A stretch of DNA of 63,875 nt, the filler included. It is 5 parts of 5 records of this genome, joined end to end, with 100 filler letters (N's around TTAATTAATTAA, not from the genome) between each part and the next. Parts side by side here need not be neighbours in the genome. Positions count along the whole stretch, not along the records: positions 18,378 to 35,429 come from SRR20825006_1112; 4 more parts are not named here. One strand, written 5' to 3'. Of the stretch, positions 18,378-28,080 are shown one piece after another. The stretch's first letter is position 1, and the number at the start of each line of letters is the position of its first letter. The notes below the pieces were generated by a model that saw nothing but the letters and a program-made list of their open reading frames with translations, did not search any database and had not been told where the DNA came from. Position numbers and translations under genes: made by a program.

Positions 18378-18858
18378 TGCCGCCGGAGAACTGGTGCGGA
18401 TAGCTCTTCAGACGCTCGTCCGGGGCCGGGATACCGACCTGACCGAGCGCATCGCGGGAACGCTGACGGGCTTCGTCGTCGCTGACCTTATGATGCGCCT
18501 TGATGGCCTCGATCATCTGCGTGTCGATGCGCAGGACCGGGTTCAGGGTCATCATCGGATCCTGGAAGATCATGGCAATGTTGTTGCCACGCAACTGCCG
18601 CATCCGCTCTTGGCTGGCACCGACGAGATTTTCCCCGCGATAGAGGATTTCACCTCCAGCCACGCGGCCCGGCTCGTCGACCAGCCCAAGAATTGAGAAT
18701 CCCGTTACAGTCTTGCCGGAACCGGACTCACCCACGAGCCCGAGAATCTGGCCTTTGCCAACGGAAAAACTAACATCGTCGACCGCTTTAACCACACCGG
18801 CTTTGGTGAAGAAATGGGTCTGGAGATTACGGACCTCGAGGGTCGCTTGATCGCTCAT
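18378..18858 (-). CDS. dppD: peptide/nickel ABC transporter ATP-binding subunit (3' truncated)
   Basis: GESGSGKT, MIFQDPM, YPHQFSGG. Confidence 0.88.
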
Positions 18859-18869
18859 CTGACCTGGAC

Positions 18870-19790
18870 CTACTTCTGAAGACGGGGATTGAGAACGTCG
18901 CGCAGACGGTCGCCAACGAGATTGATCGTCACGATCGTGAACAGCAGGGCTAGTCCCGGATAGACACTGATCCAGTATTTCCCGCTCATGATATATTCAA
19001 AACCGTTTGCGATCAGCAGGCCGAGAGACGGTTCCGTCACGGGGAGGCCGAGGCCGAGGAAGGACAGGGTCGCTTCCAGAGAGATCGCATGTGCCACCTG
19101 CATAGTGGCGACGACGATCAGCGGCGGCAGGCAGTTCGGCAGCATATGCCGGAAGATAACCCGCGGCTTGGACAGCCCGAGACAGGTAGCCGCCTCGATA
19201 TATTCCCGCCGGCGCTCCACCAGGGCCGAGCCGCGCACTGTCCGCGCGTAATAGGCCCATTGCACGACAACCAGCGCAGCAATGATCTTGTCCACGCCCT
19301 TACCGAGGGTCGCCAGCAACACCAGCGCCACAAGGATCGCCGGAAAGCTGAGCTGGATATCCACAATACGCATGATAACGGTGTCAACCTTGCCGCCGAA
19401 ATAAGCAGCGCACAGGCCAAAGCTCACGCCGATAATCAGGGCGATGACACCACTACCGATACCAACACCGAGGCTGATCCGCAGACCGTAAATCATTGCG
19501 CTGACCATGTCGCGGCCGAGACCATCCGTCCCGAGCATGGCAGTAACGCCACTGCCCATTTGCTCGCCCGGCAACAGCAGATTGTCCATGAAGGTGACGG
19601 ATGCCAGATCGTATGGATCGGTCGGCGAGATCAGCGGGCCCAGCAATGCAATCAGCACCACAAGCAGAACGCTGACTGCACCAAAGACGGCGATCTTGTT
19701 CTCGGCATAGTCGGCGACAAACCGGCGAAAGGGTGATTCCACCTCAGCATCCGGTGTCTTCTGAACGGAGGTGTCCTGAACGGCACTCAT
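18870..19790 (-). CDS. dppC: peptide ABC transporter permease
   Basis: LGTDGLGRD, EYIEAA loop, RHMLPN, EATLSFLGLG. Confidence 0.9.
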   Translation of the reverse strand: MSAVQDTSVQKTPDAEVESPFRRFVADYAENKIAVFGAVSVLLVVLIALLGPLISPTDPYDLASVTFMDNLLLPGEQMGSGVTAMLGTDGLGRDMVSAMIYGLRISLGVGIGSGVIALIIGVSFGLCAAYFGGKVDTVIMRIVDIQLSFPAILVALVLLATLGKGVDKIIAALVVVQWAYYARTVRGSALVERRREYIEAATCLGLSKPRVIFRHMLPNCLPPLIVVATMQVAHAISLEATLSFLGLGLPVTEPSLGLLIANGFEYIMSGKYWISVYPGLALLFTIVTINLVGDRLRDVLNPRLQK

Positions 19791-20764
19791 GACTTCATCT
19801 CCTGAAGGCGAACTCTCGGATCAAGCACCGAATAGAGTACGTCGACGATAAGATTGATGAAGACGAACAGCACCACGACGAACATCAGATAGGCCACGAT
19901 TACGGGACGGTCGAGGAAGTTGATCGAGTCGATCAGCAACTTGCCCATACCCGGCCAGGCGAACACGGACTCGGTTACGACCGAGAACGCGACCAGGCCG
20001 CCGAACTCAAGTCCGAGAACGGTCACCACCGGGATCATGATGTTCTTGAACAGATGCACACCGATGATGCGGGTGTCGCTCAGCCCCTTGGCCCGGGCGA
20101 ACTTGATGTAGTCCTGATGGACAACCTCGCGGGTTCCCGCACGGGCCAGACGGATCACCATGGACAGCTTGAATAGCGCAAGGTTCACCGCCGGTAAGAT
20201 CAGGTGTTGCAACCCGTCAAGGGTCAGAAAACTCAAGGGGACACCAAACACGTCGACTGTTTCGCCCCGGCCAGTCGAGGGCAGCCAGCCCATGATCACG
20301 GCAAAGAATAGAATCATCATGATGCCCACCCAGAAGGTCGGCAGGCTGAAGCCGAGGATCGAGCTCGTCATAATGGTTTTAGAAATCCAGGAATTGGCAT
20401 TCAGACCGGCATAGATGCCGAGCGGAATTCCCAAAACCACAGCGATGAACAGCGCGGCGAAAGCCAGCTCGAACGTGGCTGGCATGCGCTCTGCGATCAA
20501 GTGCATCGCGGATTCCTGGAACACGAAGGAATTCCCCATGTCCCCCTGCAGCGCGTGCCCGATAAAGCGCAGGTACTGCATATAAAATGGCAAATCGAGT
20601 CCCATGGACTTGATGATTGCCTCTCGCTCAGCCTGATCCGCGTCATCCGCGACCAGCATCTCGACGGGATCACCGACGAGAAAGACGCCGCCGAACACAA
20701 GCAGCGACATGATGAGCACAACAAGAGCCGCCTGCATAAGGCGGCGAATGACGAAGACGGTCAT
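19787..20764 (-). CDS. dppB: peptide ABC transporter permease
   Basis: GDMGNSF, PTFW, DYIKFARAKGL, TESVFAWPGMG. Confidence 0.9.
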   Translation of the reverse strand: MTVFVIRRLMQAALVVLIMSLLVFGGVFLVGDPVEMLVADDADQAEREAIIKSMGLDLPFYMQYLRFIGHALQGDMGNSFVFQESAMHLIAERMPATFELAFAALFIAVVLGIPLGIYAGLNANSWISKTIMTSSILGFSLPTFWVGIMMILFFAVIMGWLPSTGRGETVDVFGVPLSFLTLDGLQHLILPAVNLALFKLSMVIRLARAGTREVVHQDYIKFARAKGLSDTRIIGVHLFKNIMIPVVTVLGLEFGGLVAFSVVTESVFAWPGMGKLLIDSINFLDRPVIVAYLMFVVVLFVFINLIVDVLYSVLDPRVRLQEMKS

Positions 20765-20795
20765 TCTTTATCCCGACACCAGCATGTTGAAGAAC

Positions 20796-20821
20796 ACAGC
20801 CGGGCCGCCTGGCCCGGCTGT
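20796..20821 (-). terminator. stem-loop between binding-protein and permease genes (terminator or mRNA stabiliser)
   Basis: ACAGCCGGGCC-GCCT-GGCCCGGCTGT, 11-bp stem. Confidence 0.6.
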
Positions 20822-20845
20822 AATCCGAAAGTTTATTTATTATTC

Positions 20846-22456
20846 TTATTCAGCAACGAAATCAGTCGCCAACGTACGCTCATCTGTACGAGGAGTGTAC
20901 TTGATGCCCTTCTTCGAAGCCCAGGTATTGACCTGGTAATGCAGCGGGATGATGCCCTGATCTTCACCGATGGCAATATCGGTTGCCTTGGCAAGGAGTT
21001 CACCGCGCTTCGCATCGTCCACTGTTGCCAGTGCTTCAAGCAGCATCTCGTCCATCTTCGGGTTGGAGTGGCGACCACGGTTGGACGCGCCCATGCCCTT
21101 CGACTTGTCATGCGTCGCCAGAAGTGACTTCAGCGGAGAGGAAGCTTCACCGGTGCCCGAGCCCCAGCCGACCAGCACGAGGCTGAATTCCGGCTCACCG
21201 TCGGCGCCCGAGGAGGCCCGCTTGAAGAAGACGTTCTTGGTCATGGTCACAACTTTGGTCGGGATACCGTTACCGGTAAACAGCTGACCGATCGCTTCCA
21301 GGATCTTGGCGTCGTTGATGTAACGGTCGTTCGGACCATGAACGGTCAGAGCGAAGCCGTCCGGATAACCGGCTTCCGCCAGCAGCTTTTTCGCACCAGC
21401 CGGATCATAGGCTTCGACCTTGAGGTTCGGAGACACGCCGAAGAAACCTTCCGGCAGCAACTGACCGGCAGGAATGGCAACGCCTTCCATCACCCGCTTA
21501 ACGATGGCTTCGCGGTTGATCATCTTGGACAGGGCCTTGCGGACGCGCGGGTCCAGCAGCGGGTTTTTGTCCAGCGCGCTACCGTCCTTGGCCGTCACGA
21601 ACGGGGACTTCTCACGGAACTGATCCATGTGAAGATAGATGATCCGATTTGAAATACCGGAGCTGAGAGTGATCCGCGGATCCTTCTTCAGCCGCTCCAC
21701 ATCGATCGTCGGGACGTTGTCGATCGCATCGACATCGCCGGCGAGCAGAGCTGCAACACGGGCCGGCTCGGACTTGATGAACTTGAAGGTTACCTTGTCC
21801 CAGGTCTGGGCCATCGGGCCGACATAGCCGTCGAACTTCTCAAGAACGAGCTCTTCGCCCTTTTTCCATTCAACGAACTTGTACGGGCCAGCACCAATAG
21901 CCGCTGTGCCGTCATTGAAGTCCTTGGCGGAAATGCCCTTGTTCTTGCCGGAGCTGTCCGTGCCCTTGGCTTCCGAGGACATGATCATGACCGTGGTCAG
22001 ATCATTCGGCATCAAGGGATATGGCTTCTCGGTCACAATGTGCAGCGTGAGGTCGTCGACCTTCACCAGCTTCTTGCCCTTGGTATAGGTCCGGAAGCTG
22101 GAGTTGCCGCCTTCATAGCCGTCAGCACGCTCGAACGAGAAGATCACATCGTCGACCGTCACGTCGGAACCGTCGTGGAATTTCAAACCTTTACGCAGCT
22201 TGATTTCCCAGGTCGTGTCGTTGATCGTTTTCCACGATTCAGCGATGCTCGGGAACAGCTGCTGATTTTCGTCAAAGCCTACAAGACGCGTAAAAACATG
22301 CCCGATCATGCCGTTATTCGGCGTCAGGTTATGGAAGTACGGGTCCATTGAGGACGGTTCGGACCGGATACCAATAACGATATCGGCCGCCATCACATTC
22401 GCGGTCATCGCGGACAACGCCACGGCCGCAAGACCTAGCTTGCGCAGTGCCTTCAT
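20846..22456 (-). CDS. dppA: ABC transporter substrate-binding protein, family 5
   Basis: Signal peptide, AESW...WEIKLRKGLKFHDG, GAGPYKF, DPRVRKAL. Confidence 0.9.
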   Translation of the reverse strand: MKALRKLGLAAVALSAMTANVMAADIVIGIRSEPSSMDPYFHNLTPNNGMIGHVFTRLVGFDENQQLFPSIAESWKTINDTTWEIKLRKGLKFHDGSDVTVDDVIFSFERADGYEGGNSSFRTYTKGKKLVKVDDLTLHIVTEKPYPLMPNDLTTVMIMSSEAKGTDSSGKNKGISAKDFNDGTAAIGAGPYKFVEWKKGEELVLEKFDGYVGPMAQTWDKVTFKFIKSEPARVAALLAGDVDAIDNVPTIDVERLKKDPRITLSSGISNRIIYLHMDQFREKSPFVTAKDGSALDKNPLLDPRVRKALSKMINREAIVKRVMEGVAIPAGQLLPEGFFGVSPNLKVEAYDPAGAKKLLAEAGYPDGFALTVHGPNDRYINDAKILEAIGQLFTGNGIPTKVVTMTKNVFFKRASSGADGEPEFSLVLVGWGSGTGEASSPLKSLLATHDKSKGMGASNRGRHSNPKMDEMLLEALATVDDAKRGELLAKATDIAIGEDQGIIPLHYQVNTWASKKGIKYTPRTDERTLATDFVAE

Positions 22457-22676
22457 CCCTGCCTCCTGTCAATAATCACAGTTTGATTTTGCTCCGGTTT
22501 AAGTCACGTCCGGTGCCATTTGATACGGGGGAGAATGGCTCATAAAGGGAGATGCGGCAAGAGTGGTCGACATAATAACCAGACTCGAGGCAGCTTGCCG
22601 CCGGGAAAGCCTTCAGTTTACCATCATAGGTAATCCGGGTGAGCGTTCAGAGCGCACCGATCCAAGGAATTTGCGT

Positions 22677-23651
22677 ATGTCCGACGTAGCTCCCGCGCCT
22701 ATCCTGAACCACTATGACGTGGAGGTAGAAGCTCCGGATATTTTCGCCTATCGCGTCGGAAACAGGGATATTCCTTATTTTACCACTTTCGAATCCGGCC
22801 GTGCCGGCCCGAAAGTGCTGATCACCGCCCTCGTCCATGGCAACGAGCTTTGTGGCGCAATTGCACTCGACCATCTGTTCCGGAGCAATATCCGCCCACG
22901 TGCCGGAACCCTCACGCTCGGTTTCTGTAACGTTGCAGCCAACGCCCAATTCCGGCCCGATTACCCGGCTTTCTCGAGGTTTGTCGACGAGGATTTCAAC
23001 CGGGTCTGGGATGTCGATATCCTGGAAAGCGATACCCGCAGCATCGAACGGGACCGGGCACGCGAGATTCGTCCGATCGTCGATGAAGCGGATTTCCTGC
23101 TCGACATTCATTCCATGCAAAATGCGACTGAACCGCTTGTCCTGGCCGGGCGTCACAGGAAAGGCCGGCTCCTTGCCGAGAGCGTCGGAGCCCCAGGTCT
23201 TGTCGTTCTTGATGCGGGTCACGCTTCCGGCCGCAGGATGCGCGACTATGATTTTTTCGACGATCCGGAAGATCCGCGCAGCGCCCTGCTGGTCGAATGC
23301 GGCCAACACTGGTCCCGCTCCGCAGCGAATGTCGCCGTGGACGTGACCTATCGCTTCCTGCGCGCCATGGACATGATTGATGACGACACCATGGAGCAGC
23401 ATGTGACCGCGCCCGACACGGCCGCACAAACCGTTATCGAGATCACGGACGTGATTACTGTCACTTCTGACTATTTCCATTTCCACGAAGAATATATCGG
23501 CATGGAGATTATCCCCCGGGCAGGGACGGAAATCGGCCGCGACGGGGATATCTCCATAAGAACGCCACATGACAATTGCGTCCTGATCATGCCTTCGCGG
23601 CGATTGAGCCGCGGCCTGACCGCCGTCAGGCTTGGCCGATTTGTTGAATAG
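22677..23651 (+). CDS. succinylglutamate desuccinylase/aspartoacylase family (M14-like) protein
   Basis: HGNE, DFNRVW, LLDIHS, VECGQH motifs. Confidence 0.85.
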   Translation: MSDVAPAPILNHYDVEVEAPDIFAYRVGNRDIPYFTTFESGRAGPKVLITALVHGNELCGAIALDHLFRSNIRPRAGTLTLGFCNVAANAQFRPDYPAFSRFVDEDFNRVWDVDILESDTRSIERDRAREIRPIVDEADFLLDIHSMQNATEPLVLAGRHRKGRLLAESVGAPGLVVLDAGHASGRRMRDYDFFDDPEDPRSALLVECGQHWSRSAANVAVDVTYRFLRAMDMIDDDTMEQHVTAPDTAAQTVIEITDVITVTSDYFHFHEEYIGMEIIPRAGTEIGRDGDISIRTPHDNCVLIMPSRRLSRGLTAVRLGRFVE

Positions 23652-23668
23652 AGACAATCAATTGCTCT

Positions 23669-24841
23669 ATGCTGGGGGTCCTACCCCGACATGCAAGAAA
23701 GCGTTCGGCACCCGCCGAAGCGAATCATGAATTGAGCGACATCCAGGCGTCCAACGCATCCGAATCTGATTCAGCGACCGATCCCCTCCCGGAAAAGAAA
23801 GAGCCCAACGGCCTGCCACGCGCGCTTCTGGCTCTCGCCATAGGGAGCGCTGGCGGTTTCCTCTTTGCGTATCTGCGCCTCCCCCTGCCCTGGATGATGG
23901 GAGCGATGATCGCGACCACGATATGCTCAATTGCCGGCGTCAATATTGGCCTGCCCTCCAAGGTACGCATGGCCATGGTGGCCATCCTGGGAGTGATGCT
24001 CGGCAGCGCCTTCTCCCCCTCTCTGCTGGACCATATTGGCAAATGGGCCATTTCGGTGACCGGCCTGCTGGTCTACGGCATCGTCGCGCTCTTTCTGGTG
24101 CTGCTCTTTCTCAGACGCTATGCGCGGTATGATCCGGTCACGGCTTATTTCTCCTCCTCGCCCGGCGGTCTCAACGAGATGGTGATCGTCGGCAAGGCGA
24201 TGGGCGGCGATGAAAGAATCATCGCCCTGACCCATGCCTCGCGCATCCTCATCGTGGTCATGATCATCCCCTTCATGTTCCGGATGTTCGGCGGATACCA
24301 CCCGCAACCCGGCATGCTGCCGGCCGGTTCAGGTTTCGATCTGCCGGCCCATGAATGGGCTCTTATGGTGGGCTGCGCGGTCATCGGGCCGGTCATCGCC
24401 ATGCGCCTGAAGCTGCCTGCCGCGCCCCTGCTCGGCGCCATGGTGCTAAGCATGGCCGTTCATCTCACCGGCCTGAGCAAAAGCGCGCCGCCAAGCATGC
24501 TGATAGCCGCGGCACAGGTCGTGCTCGGCACCGGTGTCGGTTGCCGCTTCGCCGGCACGGCCGTCAGTGAGGTATTGAAGATTATCCGCACGTCTTTCGG
24601 TGCGTCGGTCATTCTGCTGGTCACCGCCGTCGGCGCGGGCTTCCTGCTGCAGGACATCACCGGTCTGCCCTGGTACGTGCTGGTGCTGGCTTATGCTCCC
24701 GGCGGTCTCGCGGAGATGAGCATGGTTGCGCTCGGCATCGGTCAGGATGTGGCTTTCGTTGCCACTCACCACCTGTTCCGTATCGCCTTCATCGTCATCC
24801 TGGCACCACTCGCCTTCCGGCTGATCCGGCGCTGGTTCTGA
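23669..24841 (+). CDS. AbrB-family membrane protein (true start probably somewhat downstream)
   Basis: LPLPWMMG, PGGLNEM and PGGLAEM duplicated halves, many TM helices. Confidence 0.85.
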   Translation: MLGVLPRHARKRSAPAEANHELSDIQASNASESDSATDPLPEKKEPNGLPRALLALAIGSAGGFLFAYLRLPLPWMMGAMIATTICSIAGVNIGLPSKVRMAMVAILGVMLGSAFSPSLLDHIGKWAISVTGLLVYGIVALFLVLLFLRRYARYDPVTAYFSSSPGGLNEMVIVGKAMGGDERIIALTHASRILIVVMIIPFMFRMFGGYHPQPGMLPAGSGFDLPAHEWALMVGCAVIGPVIAMRLKLPAAPLLGAMVLSMAVHLTGLSKSAPPSMLIAAAQVVLGTGVGCRFAGTAVSEVLKIIRTSFGASVILLVTAVGAGFLLQDITGLPWYVLVLAYAPGGLAEMSMVALGIGQDVAFVATHHLFRIAFIVILAPLAFRLIRRWF

Positions 24842-24876
24842 TCCGGCTGAAACCGCCAGCTAAAATAGCGCGCGGA

Positions 24877-25320
24877 CTATAACGTTCCGGGCCCAGGCGG
24901 CCGGCTCTCGGCCGCCTTTTCGATCATCTCCGTAATCCAGGCCTTCGCCGGTTCCAGCGTCTCGAACATGCTAAACGCCGCCCCGGCCAGAGCGTAGATC
25001 GGGGGGAAAATATCCTTACAGAAAATTCGTCCCTCGGTCCCGAGCGGGACAACAAAGGCCGTGGCCACGAGTTTTCCGTTTCGCACCGGATCAGACATAT
25101 TGCTGCGGACCATATCGAGCGCTTCTGGCGTGAACATCACACTGTTACGAATGATCGCAATGGTTCCCCATGGGCCGGAATTCGTCAGCCGTATCCGCTC
25201 CGCGCGCGATTCTTCGGTCGCATTCTGAAGCAGCTCCAAATTGAACGGACCGGCATTTCTTGAGAAAAAAATGCGTCCTTCCGTCCAGATTTCCCGCTCA
25301 CCATGTGGAGGCAGCGCCAT
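24877..25320 (-). CDS. hypothetical protein, STAS/SEC14 (SpoIIAA-like) appearance
   Basis: GPFN...TPEA...FETLEPAKAWI pattern; GGAAAG upstream. Confidence 0.55.
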   Translation of the reverse strand: MALPPHGEREIWTEGRIFFSRNAGPFNLELLQNATEESRAERIRLTNSGPWGTIAIIRNSVMFTPEALDMVRSNMSDPVRNGKLVATAFVVPLGTEGRIFCKDIFPPIYALAGAAFSMFETLEPAKAWITEMIEKAAESRPPGPGTL

Positions 25321-25691
25321 CAGCGTGCTTTCCTAAAAACCCCGACCTCTTAAAATTCAGACTCTCCTGCCCATGCCGAAAAACCAAGCATGCCCTTCCC
25401 GATAAAAAGAGTTCAAGTTTATCGCCCGAAGCGCACCACGAGCTGAGCCCGGCTAGCAGCTTCCATACTCTCGGCATGATGCGGGACGGCCTTGATGCCG
25501 AATTCCCGCTCCTTGTGCATGTCGATATCCACCTGCGTCACATCGCACAGGTTGCAGAGCCAGCTCGTCAAACTGGCAAACAAACGCTCGATCAGGAGCA
25601 CCGGTTTTTCCTCCATATTAAATCTTGTTATATTTCAGGCTATCTAATCATGCCCCACGGACAGTGAACACCCCGGCTATAGCGGAGGAAT

Positions 25692-26651
25692 TCAGGCTGT
25701 GGCTGATTTCATAAGGAACCGGTCTATCTCGGCCCACACACCATGCCGGACCCTGTCGCATTCAAGCAGAAGCTCGTGTGCACCCTCCGCGAACTCGACA
25801 AGCCGCGCATCCGGCAGCATCGCCGCGACTTCCCGTTGCCCCGCATTGCTCACGATCTTCTCCAGCCCCGCGCTCAGGATCAATACCGGTATACGGATTT
25901 GCGAAAGATAGGATGGACGTTTGACCAGCCGGATAGACCGGAACGCCGAATAGACCCAGGCGAAGGTCGGCCCGCCAAGGGCAACATTCGGGTTAAGCGC
26001 GATCTGCTCATGAATCCGGTCAAAGCGGGCTTTGTCCGTTGTCAGCGGATTGTTCTCGTATCGCATCTGGCCCGATACATAAGGACCCGCTCCGGGAATG
26101 AAACAATCTCCCAGACCAAGACGCACCGCCGTTTTCGCCAGACCATAGGCAAGCATCCGTGGCCAGGTTCCCGTAAGAATGTCAGCCATCGGCGCGCACA
26201 GGACCGCGCGCTCGAAGAGATCCGGATGATCGTGGACCGCCCGCAGGGCCAGATGCCCGCCCATGGAATGCCCCATGATGACGCGCGGCCCCGGCAGCTC
26301 CGCGAACCGCGTTACCCGCAACACCTCCTCCAGATCGTTGAGGAAATGCTGCATGTCGGAAATATGGCCCTTGCGGCGATGCGGCAGCAACCGGTCGGAA
26401 AGCCCCTGCCCGCGCCAGTCGAACGTGACGACGCCGTATCCGCGCGCACGGAGAGCAGCAATGCTCTCCAGCCCCTTCTCAATGAACTCCGTGAAGCCCG
26501 TCAGCATCAGAATAGTACCTGCCGTCCCTCCCGCCGGAGCGGGAAAGGTGGCAATGCGGATCCGGACCCCGTCCGCCATTTTGGGAAACTCGACGGTGCC
26601 GCCGGTGCTTTCGATGGTCGGGATCGGCCCCAGATCACTCACATCAGACAT
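25692..26651 (-). CDS. alpha/beta hydrolase, lysophospholipase L2-like
   Basis: GFTEFIEK, DWRGQGLS, GHSMGG nucleophile elbow, GAHELL; start overlaps the upstream stop. Confidence 0.85.
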   Translation of the reverse strand: MSDVSDLGPIPTIESTGGTVEFPKMADGVRIRIATFPAPAGGTAGTILMLTGFTEFIEKGLESIAALRARGYGVVTFDWRGQGLSDRLLPHRRKGHISDMQHFLNDLEEVLRVTRFAELPGPRVIMGHSMGGHLALRAVHDHPDLFERAVLCAPMADILTGTWPRMLAYGLAKTAVRLGLGDCFIPGAGPYVSGQMRYENNPLTTDKARFDRIHEQIALNPNVALGGPTFAWVYSAFRSIRLVKRPSYLSQIRIPVLILSAGLEKIVSNAGQREVAAMLPDARLVEFAEGAHELLLECDRVRHGVWAEIDRFLMKSATA

Positions 26652-27987
26652 TGAGGAGCAAATACTCCCGCTCCCAGGCACTGATAACCTTCTGATAGGC
26701 CGCCGATTCCGCCAGTTTCACGGAAGTGAAGACGTCGACAAAACGCTGCCCCATGATCTCCTTCAGCGGCTTGGCCCGGTTCAGCCTCAACAAGGCGTCT
26801 TCCAGATGGCGCGGCAGTTTCGCGGCCAGCGCATAGGCACTGGTCTCGATCGGCGCCGAGGGCTCGATTTCCTCGACCAGGCCGAGATAACCGCATGCAA
26901 GCGATGCCGCCATTGCCAGGTAGGGATTGACGTCCGCGCCAGCGACCCGGTTCTCCACGCGCCGTTCGTTTGGTTTCGAAATCGGCACCCGGAGACCCGT
27001 GGTCCTGTTATCGACACCCCAGTGCATGTTGATTGGCGCGTCGCTGTCCGGGATCAGGCGCCGGTATGAATTCACATAGGGTGCAAGAAACGGCAGGGCC
27101 GCCGGCAGATATTTCTGCAATCCGCCAATGAAATGCAGGAAATCCTCGGAATGGCTGCCATCCGCGTTCGCAAAGAGATTCCGGCCGCTGGTCACATCGT
27201 AGAGACTCTGATGCACATGCATCGCACTGCCTGGCTCATCCTGCATGGGTTTTGCCATGAAGGTGGCGTAGACGCCGTGATCCAGCGCCGCCTGCCGGAC
27301 GGTCCGTTTGAACAGGAAAGTCTGATCCGCAAGGTCCAGCGCATCGCCGTGGTTGAAGTTGATCTCCATCTGCGCGGCGCCGGACTCATGGCTCAGCGTA
27401 TCGATATCGATCTCCTGCGCCTCGCAATAGTCGTAGATATCCTCGAACAGCGGATCGAACTCGTTCACCGCATCGATACCGAAAGCCTGACGCGCGGTCT
27501 CCGGACGGCCAGACCGGCCAATAGGAGGCACCAGCGGGTAATCAGGATCAGGGTTCACCTTGACGAGGAAGAACTCCAGCTCCGGCGCGACGACCGGACG
27601 CCAACCCTTGTCCGCATAGAGCTGCAAGATCTTTTTCAGCACCATGCGCGGCGATATATCGACCGGACGGCCATCCTGATAATAGGCGTCATTGATAATC
27701 TGGGCCGTCGGTTCCTTGTACCAGGGCACCATCCGTATCGTATCCGCCTGCGGCGCCAGAAAAATGTCGCTGCGCCGCGGATCGAGATCTTTTTCCTCGA
27801 TATAGCTGCCAGTCACATCCTGACCGAAGATAGCCTCCGGCAGACGCAGACCGCGTTCCCCAATCCCATCCAGAAACTTCGCCGCGGGCAGGATCTTGCC
27901 GCGGGGGATGCCGGCATGGTCGGAAACCATGCATTCGACTTCCGTTATCCGTCTTTCACTGATCCAGGATTTAAGATCGACCGACAT
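26644..27987 (-). CDS. glutamine-synthetase-like gamma-glutamyl-amine ligase (PuuA/PauA family)
   Basis: PRGK, APELEFFL, HESGAAQMEIN, TFMAKP, GSAMHVH, NSYRR, ENRVAGADVNPY, WEREYLLLNV. Confidence 0.9.
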   Translation of the reverse strand: MSVDLKSWISERRITEVECMVSDHAGIPRGKILPAAKFLDGIGERGLRLPEAIFGQDVTGSYIEEKDLDPRRSDIFLAPQADTIRMVPWYKEPTAQIINDAYYQDGRPVDISPRMVLKKILQLYADKGWRPVVAPELEFFLVKVNPDPDYPLVPPIGRSGRPETARQAFGIDAVNEFDPLFEDIYDYCEAQEIDIDTLSHESGAAQMEINFNHGDALDLADQTFLFKRTVRQAALDHGVYATFMAKPMQDEPGSAMHVHQSLYDVTSGRNLFANADGSHSEDFLHFIGGLQKYLPAALPFLAPYVNSYRRLIPDSDAPINMHWGVDNRTTGLRVPISKPNERRVENRVAGADVNPYLAMAASLACGYLGLVEEIEPSAPIETSAYALAAKLPRHLEDALLRLNRAKPLKEIMGQRFVDVFTSVKLAESAAYQKVISAWEREYLLLNV

Positions 27988-28080
27988 AAATGCTCCGCGA
28001 GCCGTTTCACTATGATCATGCGCCTCGCCCAGGGACGACAAGCGTGATAGGGCTCCGATATCTGAAAACGGATAAGCGCG

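Noticed and set aside
22504-22519. Sigma54 promoter for the ABC operon (minus-strand TGGCAC)
   Set aside because: The -12 element reads TGA rather than TGC.
25419-25616. 65-aa minus-strand ORF
   Set aside because: No recognisable motif or clear RBS; cannot be supported as a gene from sequence alone.
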